Source of the DNA: Nageia nagi
Lineage: Eukaryota; Plantae; Pinophyta
Assembly (NCBI GenBank): GCA_050084985.1
Contig: JBITNC010000001.1
Span: forward strand, 114,266,001-114,330,000
Direction of reading: 5' to 3'
Length of the DNA: 64,000 nucleotides
Shown piece after piece: positions 62,801 to 64,000 of the stretch. Positions within the stretch are counted from its first letter, which is position 1, and each line of letters starts with the position of its first letter. Made by a program: the position numbers and the translations under genes. The notes beneath the pieces were generated by a model, which saw only the letters and a list, made by a program, of their open reading frames with translations, was not told where the DNA came from and made no database searches.

Positions 62801-64000
62801 ATGAAGGAAATTTCATATTTGTAATATCTAATTATGTCCCTCTAGCTCCCATAGGTATAAGTAGACCCCTGCCATTCTATCTATCCCTTAGATAAGAAGG
62901 TTGGGTAGTAAATAACTATATGATAGATACCAGAGCTACAATAACTATAATTCCTAAAGTTGTTGCAAATGAAATGAAGTTGTACATTACAATATGTTTT
63001 TATGATATCATACAATTGGATTCTTCCTCTATATATGTTGTTGGTAATGTTAAAGGGGTCCCAATAACTTTGAATGCATTTCTTGACATTTGTGTTATTC
63101 AAGATATCATTGTGATTGATCTTCCACCTCTATTTGGAATATGTTTATCTAGAGAATTCATTGGTCAATTGGTAGTGTACTTAGATTTATACTATACTCA
63201 CCTTTTACTTTCCTTCCAAAAAAAAAAAAGTAAAAATTCTAAATTGAGACACCAAAAGTGTTCATCTTAAGAAGATCACAAAACAAAACTATATGAATGG
63301 CCCTCAACTTGTGGAAGTATTTGAAAGGGATACACTTAGAGAAACACTCCTAACAACTAAAATTATTTTAGAAAGTGATTTAAATCATCAATTCATAGAT
63401 GTTGGCATGGGTAATTATTATTTGTATAGAATGCATAGCCAATCTTGATCATAGTTTGAAAGGAGCATGAGATATGGACAATGTACTTTGATGGATCCAA
63501 ATGTAAGCATGGATGTGGAGCTAAAATTGTATTCAAATATCTAAAATAACATATGAAGATATTTTCATTAATATTCACATGGATGCATACAAATAATGAT
63601 GTTGAGTATGAAGCCCTTTAGCATTATCTAAAGTGATTAGTATAGGCATCAAATGCCTAATTTTCTATGGTGATTCAGAATTGGTCATTAAGCAAGTAAA
63701 AAACTAGATTAGTGCAAAATATAATTATCTAAAGACCTATAAGAATAGAGTATGGGATTTATTAGAGTCATTCTTAGCTATCAATTTTATATCTATTCTT
63801 AGAAGGTACAACCAAATAGTTGATACACTTGTTGGAAAAGGGGTACGTTATAACCATGTTTATTATAAAAGTGGAACTCTTGGATTCAAAGTTTAATGTA
63901 GACCTTCAATACCTGATGCTACAAATTTCTAGCAAGTATTTGATTTTGATGAGCATATAATGAACTTATTATTGAATGAAGCAATAGCTTATAATTTTGG
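59890..64000 (+). mobile_element. Degenerate Ty3/gypsy Tat-type element: putative 5' LTR (~59890-60466), gag, protease and archaeal-type RNase H, running off the right end
   Basis: gag LPKYDGSG..EHCQDV..TRLLSHSFEAKVAEWFRTLTPQSINSWRELC; protease MIDTRATITIIP..VAN..VVGNVKGVPI..IIVIDLPPLFGICLSREF; RNase H WTMYFDGSKCKHGCGA..TNNDVEYEAL..FYGDSELVIKQV..RRYNQIVDTL. The LTR (TGTTAACACCC..TTTCA) and PBS (TGGCTACAACT) are tentative. Confidence 0.85.

Overview
AT-rich, repeat-dense plant nuclear DNA. It is most likely a gymnosperm/conifer, inferred from the giant TE-filled introns, the style of the PPR motifs and the retrotransposon domain order. The only intact host gene I can reconstruct is a 12-exon pectin acetylesterase (PAE9-like; + strand, 11791-37271). 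It has a 1263-nt CDS (420 aa), all introns are GT-AG, and the Ser-Asp-His triad is intact. Intron 4 (10.3 kb) holds a Ty3/gypsy chromovirus 3' half (- strand) fused head-to-head to a Ty1/copia 3' half (+ strand), with an outward-facing LTR at each end. Intron 7 (5.1 kb) holds a 3'-truncated copia. The flanks contain decayed Tat/Athila-type gypsy elements at both window ends, a second chromovirus, a LINE RT, hAT fragments/MITEs and two PLS-class PPR remnants. The most unusual items are: (1) an exact 228-bp, in-frame tandem array built from scrambled PPR motif pieces (39.15-40.38 kb); (2) a tandem pair of intronless RAD23-like retrocopies, in one of which the UBL domain abuts the XPC-binding domain, the two copies being complementary in what they lost (49.7-50.0 and 56.9-57.0 kb); (3) a ~170-bp AT-rich palindrome formed upstream of the second copy; (4) several breakpoints with templated/fold-back scars. 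Family assignments come from motif recognition by eye, not database searches. TE boundaries are approximate unless termini are quoted.
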